A stretch of DNA of 64,000 nucleotides from Candidatus Parcubacteria bacterium (GTDB taxonomy: Bacteria > Patescibacteriota > Patescibacteriia > Patescibacteriales > UBA12075): the NCBI GenBank assembly GCA_963827735.1, contig CAWHBO010000001.1, positions 40,297 to 104,296 on the forward strand, written 5' to 3'. The notes under the pieces are model-generated. The model saw only the letters and a list, made by a program, of their open reading frames with translations, was not told the DNA's origin and did not search any database. The position numbers and the translations under genes are program-made. The first letter of the stretch is position 1. Every line of letters begins with the position of its first letter. This document shows, piece by piece, positions 18,809 to 28,395 of the stretch.

Positions 18809-20025
18809 TAAAAGGTTTTCCTAAACTTCTCCAAAAACATCATCATCGCTTCCCTTCTCACTGGATATACCTCGTCAATCGCTTCATCAGCATCAACCCA
18901 CTTCCAATCAGAATGATCCCAATAGCTCAATTTTATATCACTGTCTTCTCCAAGAAATTCTGCAACAACAAGCCCTTGCCTTTGCCCCTTGTAGCCGAAG
19001 TGCTTGGAGTAGACCGCTCCCCTGTGCCGGGGAGAGTTTACTGGAAATTCATATTGTTTTAAATCAGGAAAAGATTTTATGAATTTGAATTTTTCATTCC
19101 CAAGTTCTTCTCTCAACTCTTTCATCCCGGCGTCTTCCAAGCTAAGGCCATCAGTCCCCCCTTGCGGAATTTGCCAATGACCAGGCTGATCCTGGCGCTC
19201 CACGATCAAGATTTTTTTTCCGTCTCCCCTATTCTTAAAAACCAGACAAGCGACATTTTTTCTGTATAAAAAAGGGTAAACGAAGCGCCACAGCAAAAAT
19301 TTATAGGTAAAAACAAAAACCGCGTCAAAAATCCTTTTCAAGCGCCAAATCTTTTTTCCGGACGGCTGCTTAAAGACGCGCCACAGCCATTCAAAACCGA
19401 TGATGCGCATGAACCTGGGGGCTCTTGGGGTTTTCTCTGTCAAAAAATCAATTGCCCCGCCGATGCCGATGGCAACTTTTACGGAAGGAATTTTTTTCAA
19501 ATTATGATAAATGAATTTTTCCTGGTAAGGGTTCCCAAGCGTTACAAACATGAGCTCGGGCGAGAAACCGGTAATTTCCAGAGGGTTATCAATCTCAATC
19601 TTTTCCTTTTGGTGATCAACCACAAGAAAGCTGAGTTTTGGAAAATTTTTTTTGAAAACAAATTCAATTTCAGATTTATCAGATAATCCCGCCTGCCAAT
19701 TGACAACGCAAATTTTTATAGAATTCCGCTCGCAATATTTTAGCAATTCAATGGTTAGGTCTGCCCCGGTTATCCGAATAATATTTTCAAATTCCGCCCA
19801 AGCGGCGAATTTCAAGCCGATGCCATCGGGGATGGATAAATCCGCATTGTTGATGATGTGAAAATATTCCTCGTCATTGATGGCGCGCAGGACAATTTCA
19901 GGATTAGGCGTAACGATATAATGTTGTCCGCCATCAGACATAAAACCGGATATTTTTTCAAAAACTTCCTGTTTGCTGATGACATTCAAATTTATTCCCA
20001 AGATATTTATGATCTTTGTTTCCAT
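18808..20025 (-). CDS. WecB/TagA/CpsF glycosyltransferase fused to a C-terminal Nudix (RppH-like) domain
   Basis: IVTPNPE, PDGIG, G.P.QE and RAP..GFEWLWR, then WQIPQGG..RELREELG. Start placed at METKIINILG. Confidence 0.85.
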   Translation of the reverse strand: METKIINILGINLNVISKQEVFEKISGFMSDGGQHYIVTPNPEIVLRAINDEEYFHIINNADLSIPDGIGLKFAAWAEFENIIRITGADLTIELLKYCERNSIKICVVNWQAGLSDKSEIEFVFKKNFPKLSFLVVDHQKEKIEIDNPLEITGFSPELMFVTLGNPYQEKFIYHNLKKIPSVKVAIGIGGAIDFLTEKTPRAPRFMRIIGFEWLWRVFKQPSGKKIWRLKRIFDAVFVFTYKFLLWRFVYPFLYRKNVACLVFKNRGDGKKILIVERQDQPGHWQIPQGGTDGLSLEDAGMKELREELGNEKFKFIKSFPDLKQYEFPVNSPRHRGAVYSKHFGYKGQRQGLVVAEFLGEDSDIKLSYWDHSDWKWVDADEAIDEVYPVRREAMMMFLEKFRKTF

Positions 20026-20155
20026 TTGATAATTCTCTTTATCTTTAATGTTTTTTAATTTAAAGTTAGTTATAAAATAATTATAACGAAATATCTTGTC
20101 ATTGGCAATGTTATGTGATATTTTTATAATAACTTGATAAAACATCAAATCCTTT

Positions 20156-21172
20156 ATGCAAACAGCTCAATTTTTTGAAAAAATATCTAACGACGAAGTG
20201 AAATGCTCGCTGTGCGATCATTTTTGCATCATCAAAAAAAATAAGACGGGAATTTGCCGCGCCAGACTGAATTTAAACAACACTTTATATTCTTTAAACT
20301 ACGGCTATCCGATTGATATGAATGCTGATCCGATTGAGAAAAAACCCTTGTATCATTTTTTTCCAGGGTCGCTGACTTTTTCAATCGGCGCTTTGGGCTG
20401 TAATTTTAAATGCGCTAATTGTTTGAATCACCGCCTGAGCCAAGCAGAGCATATTGAGAAAAAAACCGAAGCGATGGACTTTTTTTCTCCGGAAAGGATT
20501 GTGGAAAATGCCTTGGCCGATGGCTGCTTATCAATTTCATATACATATAATGAACCGACGATGTGGCTGGAATACGCTCTGGATGTCATGAAAATTGCTC
20601 ATGAAAATGATTTGAAAAATGTTTGGGTGTCAAATGGTTATATGAGCGAGCAAGCGTTAAACAAAATCATCCCATATCTTGACGCCGCCAACATTGACCT
20701 TAAATCTTTTGATGAGTCATTTTACCGCGATAACTGCGGAGCGTCATTAAAACCGGTGCTGAGAAACTTACAAAAAATCAAGCAAGAACAGGTGCACCTG
20801 GAAATTACCACCCTGATCATCCCCACTTTATCATTTGACACTGATATGCTGAAAGAATTGGCGGAATTTATCGCCTCTGACCTGGACACAGACACGCCTT
20901 GGCATCTCTCACGCTTCAGCCCGGAAATTTCCTGGAAACTCAAAAATCTTCCCCAAACCGGAGAAGACATACTTTACGAGGCGCATGAAATCGGAAAAAT
21001 GGCCGGTCTTAAGTACGTTTATGTCGGAAACTTGCCCGGCGACCAGAATGAAAACACTTACTGTCCGAAATGCGGCGAAATCGGCATCCGCCGCTTTGGT
21101 TATCAAATTGAAAGGCTGGACAGCGGCGGCCGCTGTTCCTTCTGCGACCGAGATTTGGATATCGTTGAATAG
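20156..21172 (+). CDS. amrS: AmmeMemoRadiSam-system radical SAM enzyme
   Basis: DPIEKKPLYHF.PG, GCNFKCANC (CxxxCxxC), YTYNEP and TYCPKCG motifs. Confidence 0.9.
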   Translation: MQTAQFFEKISNDEVKCSLCDHFCIIKKNKTGICRARLNLNNTLYSLNYGYPIDMNADPIEKKPLYHFFPGSLTFSIGALGCNFKCANCLNHRLSQAEHIEKKTEAMDFFSPERIVENALADGCLSISYTYNEPTMWLEYALDVMKIAHENDLKNVWVSNGYMSEQALNKIIPYLDAANIDLKSFDESFYRDNCGASLKPVLRNLQKIKQEQVHLEITTLIIPTLSFDTDMLKELAEFIASDLDTDTPWHLSRFSPEISWKLKNLPQTGEDILYEAHEIGKMAGLKYVYVGNLPGDQNENTYCPKCGEIGIRRFGYQIERLDSGGRCSFCDRDLDIVE

Positions 21173-21184
21173 TTTGCTTAAATT

Positions 21185-21217
21185 AAAAACTAGCCTTCAC
21201 AAAGAAGGCTAGTTTTT
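21185..21217. terminator. Bidirectional intrinsic terminator
   Basis: AAAAACTAGCCTTC-ACAAA-GAAGGCTAGTTTTT between convergent genes. Confidence 0.8.
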
Positions 21218-21232
21218 ATTGGTTAACATTGG

Positions 21233-21273
21233 ATCAGCGTAATATCAGCGTAGCAATCAGCGATAAATCTGCG
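21233..21273. repeat. Solo ATCAGCG/ATCTGCG array (11-12 nt period)
   Basis: Units at 21233, 21244, 21256, 21267; related array at 62564-62604. Confidence 0.8.
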
Positions 21274-21326
21274 GAGTAACCAATTTCTTTAAAAGCATGA
21301 AAACTAGATATAAAAAAATTCTATGC

Positions 21327-22670
21327 TTAAATTATGAGAATATCCACAAAATCCGTAATTTTAAAATCTATTTTCCAATACACCAATCCGGATATCAAGA
21401 GCAGCAGAAGTAATGTTTGAATGATGACGTGTTTATGTTGGATCCTGAATTTTACCAAGATGTTAACGATTAGCGCCATAATGATCATCACAAGCGCCGC
21501 GACAAAAATATAATTAAGAGAATTAAATATACTGGAAATAAAAGTCAAACGCGAGTTTTCCGAATTGGGCATGCGCAACACTTTGAAATCGTCAGGATTG
21601 TTAAAAACGTTGTTGGGACTGGCGGCAATTTCTGCGTTTTCCGATTTTTGATTGGTAAATTCCTCAACCAAGCTTGGCGTATTTTCTACGATCTTTTCCG
21701 AGGTAAACTGCTTGGAAACGCCGGCGACTTCAGTTATGTTCGGTACGGCGGCAACTTCCGCTTGAGGCTCTGTATTTTTGACCGCAGGATTTGCGGCCGG
21801 GGCGATTTGCGTCTTGGCATTGTTTACGATCTTGGGCTGGGGAATTTCAGCAGCTGCAATCTTCTCAGCCTGCTTAACGGACGGCTCAGCTTGGCTCTTG
21901 CTGGCAAACAATTGTACCAAAACATTGGTTTTTTCACCGTTGATTTCCCCACTTACGATCGCCAACCCAACTTCACTGTATCTTGAATTAAGAATATTTT
22001 TTTTATGGCTGGGAGAATTCATAAGTGCTGTGTTAACTGAATCGGCTGAGGTAAAATTCATCGCCAGGTTTTCTCCAACAAACAGATATTCATATTGTCC
22101 CCTATCTATAAAATCCCATGGTTTTCTTCCATCAGGACTGAAGTGATCAAAATAGTTCTTTTTAAGCATATCATTCGCTTTTTCCAGCGCCGATTGGGAT
22201 AAAATGGAATTCAAAACCAGCGCTGGCATTTTTTCCTCTGCCCGCTCCTCATTGATCAATTCCAAAACTCGGCTTGACATCACTTCCGACATCCAAGCCT
22301 TGAAAGGATTTATAAAAAACACATAGCTTAAAATCATCATTTTAAGCATGATCATGATGAATGCGATCGTTACCAGTGATTTTGTCCGAAGAATTTTTGG
22401 CTTATGGCAATTTTTTCTGTTGGGCACGAAATAATCTTTAAAGATGCCAAATGAGTCATGCCAATATTCCTGCGCATCTTCTTTTCCGCATTCATAGTCT
22501 TTAAACTTTTCCTCTTCTTTGTTTTTAAATTTTATAAAATTATCTTTTACGGCAGAAAGTTTTTTGCCGGAAAACAACAAACCTGCCAGTTTAGCCAGCA
22601 GTCCAAAAATAAAGAAGAAAAAAATGATTTTTTCTATCAATCCCCTATTTTTATCTTTTGAATTTTTCAT
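21327..22670 (-). CDS. CAP/SCP-domain membrane protein
   Basis: LIN.ER, KANDM..NYFDH.SPDG, GENLA and SPSHKKNILN motifs; TM segments at both ends. Confidence 0.9.
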   Translation of the reverse strand: MKNSKDKNRGLIEKIIFFFFIFGLLAKLAGLLFSGKKLSAVKDNFIKFKNKEEEKFKDYECGKEDAQEYWHDSFGIFKDYFVPNRKNCHKPKILRTKSLVTIAFIMIMLKMMILSYVFFINPFKAWMSEVMSSRVLELINEERAEEKMPALVLNSILSQSALEKANDMLKKNYFDHFSPDGRKPWDFIDRGQYEYLFVGENLAMNFTSADSVNTALMNSPSHKKNILNSRYSEVGLAIVSGEINGEKTNVLVQLFASKSQAEPSVKQAEKIAAAEIPQPKIVNNAKTQIAPAANPAVKNTEPQAEVAAVPNITEVAGVSKQFTSEKIVENTPSLVEEFTNQKSENAEIAASPNNVFNNPDDFKVLRMPNSENSRLTFISSIFNSLNYIFVAALVMIIMALIVNILVKFRIQHKHVIIQTLLLLLLISGLVYWKIDFKITDFVDILII

Positions 22671-22848
22671 GGCTTTATTATATCACTTTAGCATATATTT
22701 GTCAAATGCAATGCGCCTCTAATATAAGTCTTATTTTTGCTATTGATAAATTATATTCTTTGTGTTAATGTATATATAAAGTAATTATTATTAAACATTA
22801 TAAGACATATTCTGCTGATTTAAAAGCCATTGCAGATATAATTTATTT

Positions 22849-23157
22849 ATGAAAAAAGACATTCATCCAAAGTACAATGACAAAATGAAGGCAATCTGCG
22901 CCTGCGGTTATGAATTTGAAACTGGATCAATTTTACCGGAAATCAAAACGGAACTGTGCTCAATGTGCCATCCTTTTTATACGGGCAAACAAAAATTGGT
23001 TGACACTGCCAGGAGAGTAGAAAAATTCAAAGACAAACAAAAGGCCAGCGAAGAGGTATCAAAGCAAAGAATTGGTAAAAAGGCGAAGTATGCCGCTAAG
23101 ACTGCTGTTAAAAAAGGTAAAATTGAAAAGGCAGAAAAAAAATCAACAAAAAAATAG
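22849..23157 (+). CDS. rpmE: 50S ribosomal protein L31 (Zn-binding type, Lys-rich tail)
   Basis: [23 protein letters not shown] and RVEKF motifs. Confidence 0.96.
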   Translation: MKKDIHPKYNDKMKAICACGYEFETGSILPEIKTELCSMCHPFYTGKQKLVDTARRVEKFKDKQKASEEVSKQRIGKKAKYAAKTAVKKGKIEKAEKKSTKK

Positions 23158-23164
23158 CGATCTT

Positions 23165-23232
23165 AAACGGTTATTCTTTTTTGTATGGTATAATTATATC
23201 AATACTCTACAAACAAGAATAACCGTTTTTTT
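23165..23232 (+). terminator. Long hairpin with U-tract after rpmE; loop holds an extended -10 (TGGTATAAT)
   Basis: AAACGGTTATTCTT (23165-23178) pairs with AAGAATAACCGTTT (23215-23228). Confidence 0.6.
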
Positions 23233-23297
23233 ATAAAATACAAATTTAGATTATATTCGCGTCATTCGCATTTAATTCGCGGATTAGCATTATTCAT

Positions 23298-24350
23298 ATG
23301 TACGAAGATGTAAAACAAAAATTCAGCGAACTTGAGAAAAAGCTTTCTGACCCGAAAATTGCTTCTGACATCAAAAAAATGACTCAAATTTCCAAAGAGC
23401 ACACAGCCCTAAGAGAAGTTATGGTTATGATTTTTGAGTTGGAAAAAACTGAAAAAAATCTTCAAGATAACCAAGATATCATAAACAATGAAACTGATGC
23501 CGATCTAAGAGAAATGGCTCAAAGCGAACAAGAGACCCTTGCAAACAAGATTACGGAGCTTAAAAAAGACATCAACAGCGAGCTTAACCCGCCGGATCCG
23601 AATGATAAAAAAGACGTAATCATGGAAATCCGAGCCGGAACCGGCGGCGATGAATCAGCGCTTTTCGCAGCTGACCTTTTCCGGATGTATTCCCGTTTTG
23701 CCGAACGCCAAGGTTGGAAAATTTCCATTCTTGATTCCAGTCCCATCGGAATCGGCGGGTACAAAGAGATCATTTTTGAAATTACCGGAAAAAATGTTTT
23801 TGGATTCTTAAAATATGAAAGCGGCACTCACCGCGTCCAACGCGTTCCGGAAACTGAAAAAGCCGGTCGGATACACACTTCCGCGGCTACGGTCGCAGTG
23901 TTGCCGCAAGCCGAGGAAGTTGACGTTGAGATCAGACCTCAAGACTTGAAAATTGACACATATTGCTCTTCCGGACCGGGCGGGCAGAGCGTTAACACGA
24001 CATATTCCGCCATCAGGATAACTCATTTGCCGACAGGACTCGTGGTAACGTGCCAAGACCAGAGATCCCAACAGCAAAACAAGATCAAAGCCATGCAGAT
24101 CTTGCGTTCTCGTCTTTATGAAAAACTGGAAAATGACAGGCACGCTTTGGAGGCGGCGGACAGGAAACAGCAGATCGGATCAGGTGATCGTTCTGAAAAA
24201 ATCCGGACTTACAATTTTCCTCAAGACCGCATAACCGACCATCGCATCAAGCAGTCATGGCATTCCATCACGCGCATCATGGACGGTGAAATTTTGGAGA
24301 TCATTTTAGCTTTAAAGAAAGCATCCCAAGATATTTCGCAACCAAAATAA
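23298..24350 (+). CDS. prfA: Peptide chain release factor 1
   Basis: [16 protein letters not shown] (PxT), GPGGQSVN and [12 protein letters not shown] motifs. Confidence 0.97.
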   Translation: MYEDVKQKFSELEKKLSDPKIASDIKKMTQISKEHTALREVMVMIFELEKTEKNLQDNQDIINNETDADLREMAQSEQETLANKITELKKDINSELNPPDPNDKKDVIMEIRAGTGGDESALFAADLFRMYSRFAERQGWKISILDSSPIGIGGYKEIIFEITGKNVFGFLKYESGTHRVQRVPETEKAGRIHTSAATVAVLPQAEEVDVEIRPQDLKIDTYCSSGPGGQSVNTTYSAIRITHLPTGLVVTCQDQRSQQQNKIKAMQILRSRLYEKLENDRHALEAADRKQQIGSGDRSEKIRTYNFPQDRITDHRIKQSWHSITRIMDGEILEIILALKKASQDISQPK

Positions 24351-24364
24351 ATAAATACATTGCA

Positions 24365-25321
24365 ATGCTCATAAAAGAAGCGATAAAATACGCAACTGAA
24401 AAATTGCAAACGGCAAAAATAAAAAATCCGCGCCTGGAAGCGGAATTTTTATTATCCCATATCCTGAAAAAATCGCGAGAATATATCTTATCTTATCCGG
24501 AAAAAAAATTAATAAAAATTCAAGTTATGCGTTTTGAGTTATGCGTTACGCAAAGATTAAGGGGTATGCCGCTGGCCTATATTGTCGGCCACAAAGGATT
24601 CTACGGCCTGGATTTCAAGGTTAATAAAAATGTCCTTATCCCCCGTCCGGAAACGGAACTTATGGTTGATAATGTCTTGGAACTCATAACTCGTAACTCA
24701 CAACTTAAAACTCAAAACTCACTTGTACCCGAATGGGCAAAACTTTTAATCATTGATGTCGGCACCGGGAGCGGTTGTATCGCAATCTCACTTGCCAAAC
24801 AATTAAAAAGTTACGAGTTACGAGTTCCAAGTTACGAGATTTATGCGACTGATATCTCCAAACCGGCTCTTATGGTAGCCAAACAAAACTCCAAATCCAA
24901 TAAGGTATATGGCCAGATAAAATTTTTTCCTGGCGATTTACTTGAGCCGGTTATAGATAAGTTACGAGTTACGAGTTATGAGTTACAAGTAATCATCACC
25001 GCCAACCTCCCCTACGGCTGGTCTGCCTGGAAAAACAACACATCAGCCGATACCATAGGTCTAAAATTTGAACCTCAAATCGCCTTGTTTACCGGGAAAA
25101 ATGGTCTTGAGCTTTATGAAAAATTATTTAATCAAATAACAAATATTATTTCAATATCCAAATATCCCAATATCCCAATATCCCTACTCTGTGAATTTGA
25201 TCCCAGACAAACCGCTCAATTAAAAAAAATGATCAAAAAAATTCTTCCAAAGTCAACGACAGTAATAAAAAAAGACCTGAGCGGCCTTGATAGATTGGCA
25301 ATAATAAAAATCCAAAATTAA
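24365..25321 (+). CDS. prmC: Release factor glutamine methyltransferase carrying five in-frame repeat arrays
   Basis: PLAYIVG, VLIPRPETE, DVGTGSGCIA and ANLPY motifs; follows prfA. Confidence 0.93.
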   Translation: MLIKEAIKYATEKLQTAKIKNPRLEAEFLLSHILKKSREYILSYPEKKLIKIQVMRFELCVTQRLRGMPLAYIVGHKGFYGLDFKVNKNVLIPRPETELMVDNVLELITRNSQLKTQNSLVPEWAKLLIIDVGTGSGCIAISLAKQLKSYELRVPSYEIYATDISKPALMVAKQNSKSNKVYGQIKFFPGDLLEPVIDKLRVTSYELQVIITANLPYGWSAWKNNTSADTIGLKFEPQIALFTGKNGLELYEKLFNQITNIISISKYPNIPISLLCEFDPRQTAQLKKMIKKILPKSTTVIKKDLSGLDRLAIIKIQN

Positions 25322-26397
25322 TACGTAACCTTATAACCTTGTTTCACGACTTCAACCCAAGTTGTCCCCCGGTTGAACATAACTTCATTATCGCCGATAA
25401 AAAATCTGGTACGCTCTTCCTTCGCGGGCTTGCTCCATGTACCGCTTTGGCACTTGCCGTCAAAACACGCCAAAGCTTCACCGGTACCGATATTTTTCAG
25501 ATCAAGCCTGAGCTTATCATCAATAGCCTCCGCGGCCACATACATGATCGCGACATTCCTAGCTGTGATAAAATCATTGCTTTCTGTTTTTTGAGGTTCA
25601 TCGGCTATAAACCGGATAAAATCATTATTGTTTTTGTCGTATTTCCAAGAAACAATATAATCTGACATCGCGAATTCAATCTTGATGTTTGTAGCATCAG
25701 GCCTGACCGCTAAATCAGCATCCGCCTTATACTTCCAAGGTAAAAACGCTTCCGTATTTTTTTGATGTTTGTTGATATAAGAATTAAGCAGTCGTGACGA
25801 TGTATAAACGTTATGCGGCGCCAGGCGCGCCGTATCTCGCCAAAAATAAGCTCCGTTAAAAAATTCATTTATGGCAAAAAAATCTTCATCAATCAGCTTG
25901 GCCAGCGCGTCCGGAGAACCGCCGACATGCGCGTATAGGGCGTTGAATTCATTTGCCCAATCAACAAAGTACGGCCTGGCGCTTCGGACCGGTCCGATTT
26001 TTTCAATCGCCATGTCTGATGAAAAAAAAGCCAAAAACCTGGTGATCCCTCCCTCCGCTTCCGCTTCAAAAACGATTCCGGCTTTTTCCAGCCCAGCTTC
26101 CGGCCGGGCATCAACATGGTTATCAATCATCACCCCGTAAACCGATGAACTGGCTTGTGATTCATAAACGAGTGTTCCGTCCAGCATTCTTTCGCTCAAA
26201 CGAGGCGTAACTGTGTTATTTTTTGTTTCTAACGCAATTTTTTGGGCGTTAACTGCCTTCGTATTCTGCGTTTTTTGCGCCAGAAACAAATAGCCGGCCC
26301 AAACAAAGACGATAACAAAAAAAGCTCCGCTTAAACAAAACCATAAGCGAGCTTTTTTTATGTTTGAGTTTTCTTTATCAATTGCAGTTTCCTCCAT
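25318..26397 (-). CDS. DUF3048 family membrane-anchored protein
   Basis: VMIDN..ARP..GL, EGGITRF, GPVRSARPY and APHNVY motifs. Confidence 0.9.
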   Translation of the reverse strand: MEETAIDKENSNIKKARLWFCLSGAFFVIVFVWAGYLFLAQKTQNTKAVNAQKIALETKNNTVTPRLSERMLDGTLVYESQASSSVYGVMIDNHVDARPEAGLEKAGIVFEAEAEGGITRFLAFFSSDMAIEKIGPVRSARPYFVDWANEFNALYAHVGGSPDALAKLIDEDFFAINEFFNGAYFWRDTARLAPHNVYTSSRLLNSYINKHQKNTEAFLPWKYKADADLAVRPDATNIKIEFAMSDYIVSWKYDKNNNDFIRFIADEPQKTESNDFITARNVAIMYVAAEAIDDKLRLDLKNIGTGEALACFDGKCQSGTWSKPAKEERTRFFIGDNEVMFNRGTTWVEVVKQGYKVTY

Positions 26398-26423
26398 AGC
26401 AAACGAAAAAAAATTTCTTTTAA

Positions 26424-27113
26424 TTATTTTTTTCCAGCATCTTTTTTGGGAGCTTCTTTTTTGGGAGCTTCTTTCTTGCTTGCGTCATTGCCATCCGCCT
26501 TCACTTCTGCGGTAGCGGCAGGAGTTTCCGCGACAACCGGAGCAACTTCTTCTTCCACTTTCGGTTCGATAACATTTACAATAACATCATGAGGATGAGT
26601 AACCAGTTCAATATTTTCAGGCAATTTTATGCTTCCCGCCTGAATGGTTTCATGGAAATTTGTCAGGACTGATAAGTCAACGTTAATGCTCTCAACCAAA
26701 TCAGAAGGCAGACAGTTTATATGGATCGTTTCCATGCTCTTGACCAAGGTGCCGCCCATTTCTTTCTCAGCTTTTGATTCTCCGACAAAATTCAAAGGAA
26801 TTTCAACGCTAATCTTCTTTTTCATATTTACCGCATAAAAATCAGCGTGAATAAATTTCCCTCTGATGTTCTCTTTCTGAACATCTTTGATCAAAGTTTT
26901 GATCGGTTCCGCGCCATCAATGGAAAGATCAACCAAAGCGGCTTCTCCGGCTGATTCGTAGATTTTCTGAAAATCATGAGCCTTGACCTGAATATTTTTT
27001 GGTTCCATTTCCTGTCCGTAAAGAACAGCAGGCAAGAACCCGGCTTTTTTTATCTCCGTGATCTTTGTTTTCTTATCTCTTTTTTTTACCTCCAACTTGA
27101 TTTGTTTTACCAT
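26424..27113 (-). CDS. rplY: 50S ribosomal protein L25/Ctc
   Basis: PAVLYG, HADFY and VEIPL.FVGES motifs. Confidence 0.93.
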   Translation of the reverse strand: MVKQIKLEVKKRDKKTKITEIKKAGFLPAVLYGQEMEPKNIQVKAHDFQKIYESAGEAALVDLSIDGAEPIKTLIKDVQKENIRGKFIHADFYAVNMKKKISVEIPLNFVGESKAEKEMGGTLVKSMETIHINCLPSDLVESINVDLSVLTNFHETIQAGSIKLPENIELVTHPHDVIVNVIEPKVEEEVAPVVAETPAATAEVKADGNDASKKEAPKKEAPKKDAGKK

Positions 27114-27176
27114 ATTTTTATATCTGCACAGCGTATGCTGTTTTAATTATTTAAATATATAGAAATGATTACACTA

Positions 27177-27271
27177 AATTTTATTGTTCTTTTATTTTTT
27201 TCTTGAAAGTCAGCCTCCTTTTTTTGATTAAGGCATTGATTTCAAGAAAAAAATAAAAGAACAATAAAATT
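27177..27271. repeat. Long inverted repeat: 32-bp perfect arms, 31-nt spacer
   Basis: AATTTTATTGTTCTTTTATTTTTTTCTTGAAA and its exact reverse complement at 27240-27271. Confidence 0.9.
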
Positions 27272-27288
27272 GAGCGGTTGCAATATGT

Positions 27289-28395
27289 TTAATATTTTAA
27301 TTTTGATTGAATGATGATATTTTGACAAATTCCCATCAACACCAAGCTTGATAGGATTGCCGAACCTCCATAACTTAAAAATGGCAGGGAAATACCTACC
27401 ACTGGCAATAAACCTATATTCATACCAATATTAATAAACATTTCAATAAAAATCAAGGCCCCGCTCCCCAAAAGGAAATAAATACCAAAATTGTTGCTGC
27501 TATTCTTGGCTGATTTTATTAATCTTAGGTAAAAAATAACAAAAAAACCAATTACCAAACAAACCCCAAGAAATCCCAATTCCTCTGAAATTACCGCAAA
27601 GATGAAATCATTTTGAGATTCCGGTAAAAATTTTAATTGAGATTGAGAACCAAAACCAACGCCTCTTCCAATCAATCCTCCCGCGCCAATAGCTATGGTT
27701 GCTTGTCTTATATTATATCCTTCTTCCAGGGAACCGGTGTCGGGCCTTAAAAAAGTCATGACTCTTTCTTTCTGATAATCCTGAAAGAAAAATAACCAAG
27801 CGCCTACAAACATCATCAAGCCGGCAATCACCAGCATAAAAATGTATTTTTTTTTGAAGCCTGAAAACAAGAGCATCACCACCCAAATCACAACCAAGAT
27901 CAAAGCCGATCCAAAATCCGGTTGCCTTAAAACCAGGAGCACGAACAACAAAGCGCTTATTCCGGTGACAGCCATGTGCCTCAGGGGATGATTCTGGATG
28001 TTGTGGCTTGAAAAATATTTTGCTAAAAAAATTATCAAGATTATTTTGGCAATTTCAACCGGCTGCAAGCTCATAACTCCGAAAATATCGTACCACCCTC
28101 TTGTCCCTCTCACCACTTTCCCGAAAAATAGCACGCCGAGCAAAAGCAAAAAACCAAAGGCATAAAGCAAGTTGCTGAAACTGGAATAATTGTTAAAATC
28201 TATAAAGCAAAGTCCAAAAGTCAAGACGATTCCAATCACAACAAACAGAATCTGCTTATGGAAATTATCCAAATTGTTCCCTCCATGGCTTAAAGCAATG
28301 CTATAGATTTCAACCAGCCCGAAACTCATAAGAAGAACAACGGAAAAAAACAATATCCAATCTATTTTTTTCAAATAAAGCAAGATCTTATTCAT
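27289..28395 (-). CDS. rodA: Rod shape-determining SEDS protein RodA
   Basis: QPVE.AK, QPDFG, GYNIRQA.IAIG.GG, FLPESQNDFIF..EELGF and LPFLSYGGS motifs. Confidence 0.9.
   Translation of the reverse strand: MNKILLYLKKIDWILFFSVVLLMSFGLVEIYSIALSHGGNNLDNFHKQILFVVIGIVLTFGLCFIDFNNYSSFSNLLYAFGFLLLLGVLFFGKVVRGTRGWYDIFGVMSLQPVEIAKIILIIFLAKYFSSHNIQNHPLRHMAVTGISALLFVLLVLRQPDFGSALILVVIWVVMLLFSGFKKKYIFMLVIAGLMMFVGAWLFFFQDYQKERVMTFLRPDTGSLEEGYNIRQATIAIGAGGLIGRGVGFGSQSQLKFLPESQNDFIFAVISEELGFLGVCLVIGFFVIFYLRLIKSAKNSSNNFGIYFLLGSGALIFIEMFINIGMNIGLLPVVGISLPFLSYGGSAILSSLVLMGICQNIIIQSKLKY

Noticed and set aside
18760-19062. ORFs starting in repeat arrays (6467, 18760, 42237, 57714, 62550)
   Set aside because: Partly translations of the repeat arms and overlapping real genes; no independent coding evidence.
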